Of a stretch of 64,000 bases of DNA, positions 60,583 to 64,000 are shown one piece after another; within the stretch, counting starts at the first letter, position 1, and every line of letters starts with the position of its first letter. The notes beneath the pieces are model-generated. The model ran no database searches. It worked only from the letters and a program-made list of their open reading frames with translations, and had not been told where the DNA came from. The DNA comes from Leptolyngbyaceae cyanobacterium (GTDB taxonomy: Bacteria > Cyanobacteriota > Cyanobacteriia > Phormidesmidales > Phormidesmidaceae), in contig CBDHHL010000025.1 in the NCBI GenBank assembly GCA_965263355.1, positions 32,001 through 96,000 on the forward strand, written 5' to 3'. Made by a program: the position numbers and the translations under genes.

Positions 60583-63500
60583 ATGTCAGCCGATAATACT
60601 GTTCCTCAAGAGGGTCTGACTTCCCGTAGTATTGCATTTGTCGATAGTCATGTGGCTCAGGCAGATGGACTACTCCAAACGTTACAGGTAGACAATGTCT
60701 TCTTGCTCAATGACCAGTCCAATGGCATCGAGCAGATCACCCAGGTCCTGAGTCAATATACGGATCTGGAAAGTGTTCATATTTTTTCCCATGGTAGTCA
60801 AGGGGCACTCCAGTTAGGTAACACCCTCTTTAGCCAGACCAACCTCAATGACTATCAAGCCGAGTTAGAAAGTTGGCAAAATGCCTTTTCCAAAAACGGC
60901 GATCTCTTATTTTATGGCTGTAATCTTGCCGCCGCTGCTGATGGATTTGCGTTTGTGCAACAAATTAGTCAGCTGACCGAGGCCGATGTGGCGGCCTCTA
61001 ATGATGTTACTGGTCACACCAGCCTGGGGGGAGATTGGACGCTGGAGAGAACCATCGGTACTATTGAGGCTGCGATCGCAATAGACCAAGCCACCCAAGC
61101 AGCTTATCTGGGGCAGTTAGCTTTGATTGTGGGCACGGCAGGGGCTGACGGCCTGCTGGAAGGCACGGCAGGGAGTGACACCATAAATGGTCTGGGGGGT
61201 ATTGATGCCCTCGCAGGCAATGGTGGCGCAGATGTCTTTGTGCTGGGTGATGAAACCGGCGGTTTCTATGACCAGGCCCAGTTTAGTGACTATGCCGATA
61301 TCGTTGACTTTACCCTGGGAGAAGATATTATCCAGCTGAACGGTGTGCTAGGTGACTATACCTTCCAGACCGTTGGTAACAACACCTGGATCTACAAGGG
61401 ACCCGCCAGTGCTGGCGAACTGGTGGCAGATATCTTTAATACCAATGGTGCCGATATCACTGGCAGCATTGACTTTTTGGATGATGGTACGCCGCCACCG
61501 CCGCCGCCACCGCCACCACCACCACCGCCACCGCCGCCACCGCCGCCACCGCCGCCGCCAGGGAATACTATTCTGGGTACAGCAGGGTCTGACGGCTTGC
61601 TGGAGGGCACAGCTGGTGATGACACCATAAATGGTCTAGGGGGCATTGATGCCCTTGCGGGTAATGGCGGTGCAGATGTCTTTGTGCTAGGTAATGAAAC
61701 CGGCGGCTTCTATGACCAGGCCCAGTTTAGTGACTATGCCGATATCATTGACTTTGTGATAGGAGAAGATCGCATTTGGCTCAATGGAGTTATTGCGGAC
61801 TATACCTTCCAGACCGTTGGTAACAACACCTGGATTTATAGGGGACCCACTGGTGCCGGTGAACTGGTGGCGGATATCTTTAATACCAATGGTGCCGATA
61901 TCACTGGCAGCATCGACTTTTTAGGTGATGGTCCGCCGCCACCGCCCCCTGAGGACTCTACCTTTGCGTTACAAGATAGTAATACTGTCTTTGTCAATGA
62001 GGCAGCCGGTGTTGCCACTGTCACCGTTGTGCGTACAGGCGGAGTTCAGACACAGGCCACCGTGGAATATACCCTCAATGAACTGGGTGAAGATTCTGCC
62101 ACCGGTGATGTCGACTTTATCAGACCTACCTTTGACGGGCGGCCCAACACCGGTCAAATTGTTTTTGCACCGGGTGTAACTGAGGCATCATTTACTATTC
62201 CTATTGTGAATGACACCCTGATCGAAGCCAATGAGACCTTTGCCGTTGGTCTCCAGAACCCCACTGACGGAACCCTGGGGGCACCCCGCACAAAGCTGGT
62301 CACTATCGTAGATGACGATATTGCCCCAACCATCTCTCTGAGTCAGGCCAATCTCAATGTGGCAGAGTCTGATGGCACAGCAACAGTCACCGTCCAGCGG
62401 AGCGGCAATACGGATGTAACCGCGTCTGTTACCTACAGCACTGGTGGTGGCACCGCTACCTTTGGTCAAGATTACAGCGGCGCAACAACTGGTACCGTTA
62501 ATTTTGCAGTGGGTCAAACCTCCCAGACAATTGACATTCCTATTCTGGAGGATACCGTTGTCGAGGGGAATGAAACCTTTACTATTACCTTGGATGGTGC
62601 CACCAATGCCAATTTAGGTGAACAACTGACTACCACGGTGTCCATTCTCGATAACGATCTAGATCTGGGTAACTTAACGCGTACAACCGCTATCACTGGA
62701 TTTATTCAGCCCACCACACTGGATTGGTCATCGGACGGTCGCTATATGCTAGTGGCTGAAAAAGGTGGTGTAGTAAAGGTGGTAGACAATGGTGTCCTAC
62801 AGTCAACACCGTTGATTGATCTTTCGGATCAGGTCAATGGCACTCGCGATCGCGGCCTACTGGGACTGGCCATTCACCCCGAATTTCCCAGCAATCCCTA
62901 CGTTTACCTACTCTACACCTATGATCCACCGGAAACAGCCGGTAGAACTGGTCTGGGTGGCCCTGACGGCAATGGCAATCGGCCATCGCGCATGGTTCGC
63001 GTCACCGTTAATCCCAATACCATGGTGGCGGATCCCAACAGTTTAGTCGTATTAGCTGGCACCAACAGTACCTGGGAGTATACCAGCAGCCCCACTGGCA
63101 ATAGTACGGGGGACAATTCCATTGCTCCCTCTGGTATCGTCAATGGTACAACGATTACCGCACCGGCCAGTGAAATCGAGGCCGGGACTCAAGATAACGA
63201 TCCCAATCGCCCTGGTATTCAAAACCTAAATCTTCGAGACTACCTGGCCACAGACAGTGAATCTCACTCCATTGGGGATTTGGAATTTGGTGCCGACGGC
63301 TACCTGTACCTGACCAATGGTGATGGCACATCCTATAACTTTGTGGACCCTCGCACCGTCAGGGTTCAGGATAACAATAACCTGTCAGGTAAGCTGCTCC
63401 GCATTGACCCCATTACCGGTGAAGGGGTAGCCACTAACCCGTTCTATAATGGCGATGGTAACAGTAACCAGTCCAAGGTCTTTTACTCTGGGCTGCGTAA

Positions 63501-64000
63501 CCCGTTCCGGTTTGCCTTTGATCCGGTTACTAACTTACCTGTAATTGGAGATGTGGGTTGGAACTCCTTTGAGGAAGTCAACACTGGCCCCGCCGGTTCT
63601 AACTTTGGCTGGCCCTACATAGAAGGCCCTAATCCCACGGGTGGTTATAGAGATTTAGCGCAAGCGATCGCATTCTATAACAATGGCAATCGCAACAACC
63701 CAGGGGATGCGGCAGCCATAGTGCCGCTCCTGCCCCGTACCCATGGCGCGCCTGACAATGCCAATGCCATTGTGGTCGGTGACTTTTACAACAGCAACAC
63801 CCTTATGTTTGGGGATGTGAACAATGGCACGTTATATGCGGCGACGTTAGATAACAATCGCCAGGTCACCAATGTCCAGGTGTTTGATACCGGTGCCAAC
63901 TTTGTTGTGGATATGAAAATGGGGCCAGATGGCAAGCTTTATGGTGTGAATCTGGTGTCTGGTAGCATTTTGCGCTGGGAGCCCGACAATACCCCACCCC
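60583..64000 (+). CDS. Large surface protein: DUF4347 - duplicated Ca-binding-like module - poly-Pro - Calx-beta x2 - glucose/sorbosone dehydrogenase-like propeller (partial)
   Basis: Absent from the ORF track (no stop in window). ATG 60583 gives MSADNTVPQEGLTSRSIAFVDS...HIFSHG...LLFYGC...ADVAASNDVTG...GGDWTLE; Calx-beta NDTLIEANETF and EDTVVEGNETF; DRGLLGLAIHP, FGADGYLY, GKLLRIDP, GLRNPFR, GDVG. Confidence 0.88.
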   Translation, partial: MSADNTVPQEGLTSRSIAFVDSHVAQADGLLQTLQVDNVFLLNDQSNGIEQITQVLSQYTDLESVHIFSHGSQGALQLGNTLFSQTNLNDYQAELESWQNAFSKNGDLLFYGCNLAAAADGFAFVQQISQLTEADVAASNDVTGHTSLGGDWTLERTIGTIEAAIAIDQATQAAYLGQLALIVGTAGADGLLEGTAGSDTINGLGGIDALAGNGGADVFVLGDETGGFYDQAQFSDYADIVDFTLGEDIIQLNGVLGDYTFQTVGNNTWIYKGPASAGELVADIFNTNGADITGSIDFLDDGTPPPPPPPPPPPPPPPPPPPPPPPGNTILGTAGSDGLLEGTAGDDTINGLGGIDALAGNGGADVFVLGNETGGFYDQAQFSDYADIIDFVIGEDRIWLNGVIADYTFQTVGNNTWIYRGPTGAGELVADIFNTNGADITGSIDFLGDGPPPPPPEDSTFALQDSNTVFVNEAAGVATVTVVRTGGVQTQATVEYTLNELGEDSATGDVDFIRPTFDGRPNTGQIVFAPGVTEASFTIPIVNDTLIEANETFAVGLQNPTDGTLGAPRTKLVTIVDDDIAPTISLSQANLNVAESDGTATVTVQRSGNTDVTASVTYSTGGGTATFGQDYSGATTGTVNFAVGQTSQTIDIPILEDTVVEGNETFTITLDGATNANLGEQLTTTVSILDNDLDLGNLTRTTAITGFIQPTTLDWSSDGRYMLVAEKGGVVKVVDNGVLQSTPLIDLSDQVNGTRDRGLLGLAIHPEFPSNPYVYLLYTYDPPETAGRTGLGGPDGNGNRPSRMVRVTVNPNTMVADPNSLVVLAGTNSTWEYTSSPTGNSTGDNSIAPSGIVNGTTITAPASEIEAGTQDNDPNRPGIQNLNLRDYLATDSESHSIGDLEFGADGYLYLTNGDGTSYNFVDPRTVRVQDNNNLSGKLLRIDPITGEGVATNPFYNGDGNSNQSKVFYSGLRNPFRFAFDPVTNLPVIGDVGWNSFEEVNTGPAGSNFGWPYIEGPNPTGGYRDLAQAIAFYNNGNRNNPGDAAAIVPLLPRTHGAPDNANAIVVGDFYNSNTLMFGDVNNGTLYAATLDNNRQVTNVQVFDTGANFVVDMKMGPDGKLYGVNLVSGSILRWEPDNTPP
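61126..61935 (+). repeat. Intragenic module duplication (444-bp offset) around a 23-residue polyproline tract
   Basis: About 61126-61490 repeats at about 61570-61935; 61492-61560 is 23 consecutive CCG/CCA codons. Confidence 0.9.

Noticed and set aside
61352..61646. His/Arg-rich and poly-Gly ORFs
   Set aside because: Alternative frames of the CCG/CCA polyproline tract.

Overview
Chromosomal window of a cyanobacterium, most likely a filamentous Leptolyngbyaceae-like strain (inferred from frequent HIP1 GCGATCGC sites and typical gene families). The flanks are ordinary signalling and surface genes. Left: two tandem Ser/Thr-kinase/AAA/GAF sensor kinases, a FIST-histidine kinase pair and a haemagglutinin-domain protein. 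Right: a response regulator, a CHASE2 hybrid kinase, DUF928, an OmpR-Hpt regulator and a partial DUF4347/Calx-beta/sugar-dehydrogenase surface protein. Between them (~17-53 kb) is a scarred accessory region with four main parts. (i) An AT-rich five-gene cluster built around a RohP/MppP-type PLP enzyme, with a LeuA-type synthase, a fatty-acid-hydroxylase-family protein, an MFS exporter and a methyltransferase. (ii) A stand-alone 2971-aa A(Gly)-NMT-PCP-KS-AT-KR-ACP-TE NRPS-PKS whose colinear product would be an N-methylated 4-amino-3-hydroxybutyrate, i.e. carnitine if trimethylated (hypothesis). (iii) A proteobacterial-type metK-ahcY-metF SAM-recycling cassette. (iv) Osmolyte-type transport genes (proW remnant, interrupted Na+/solute symporter, MscS). 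Six intergenic sites share an ATTTTAC-N4-ATTTTAC direct repeat, suggesting one regulon. The region also holds three MITEs with terminal inverted repeats (TIRs) and target-site duplications (TSDs), duplicated AAA-ATPase/nuclease genes and many pseudogene fragments. All calls come from reading motifs; no database searches were run.
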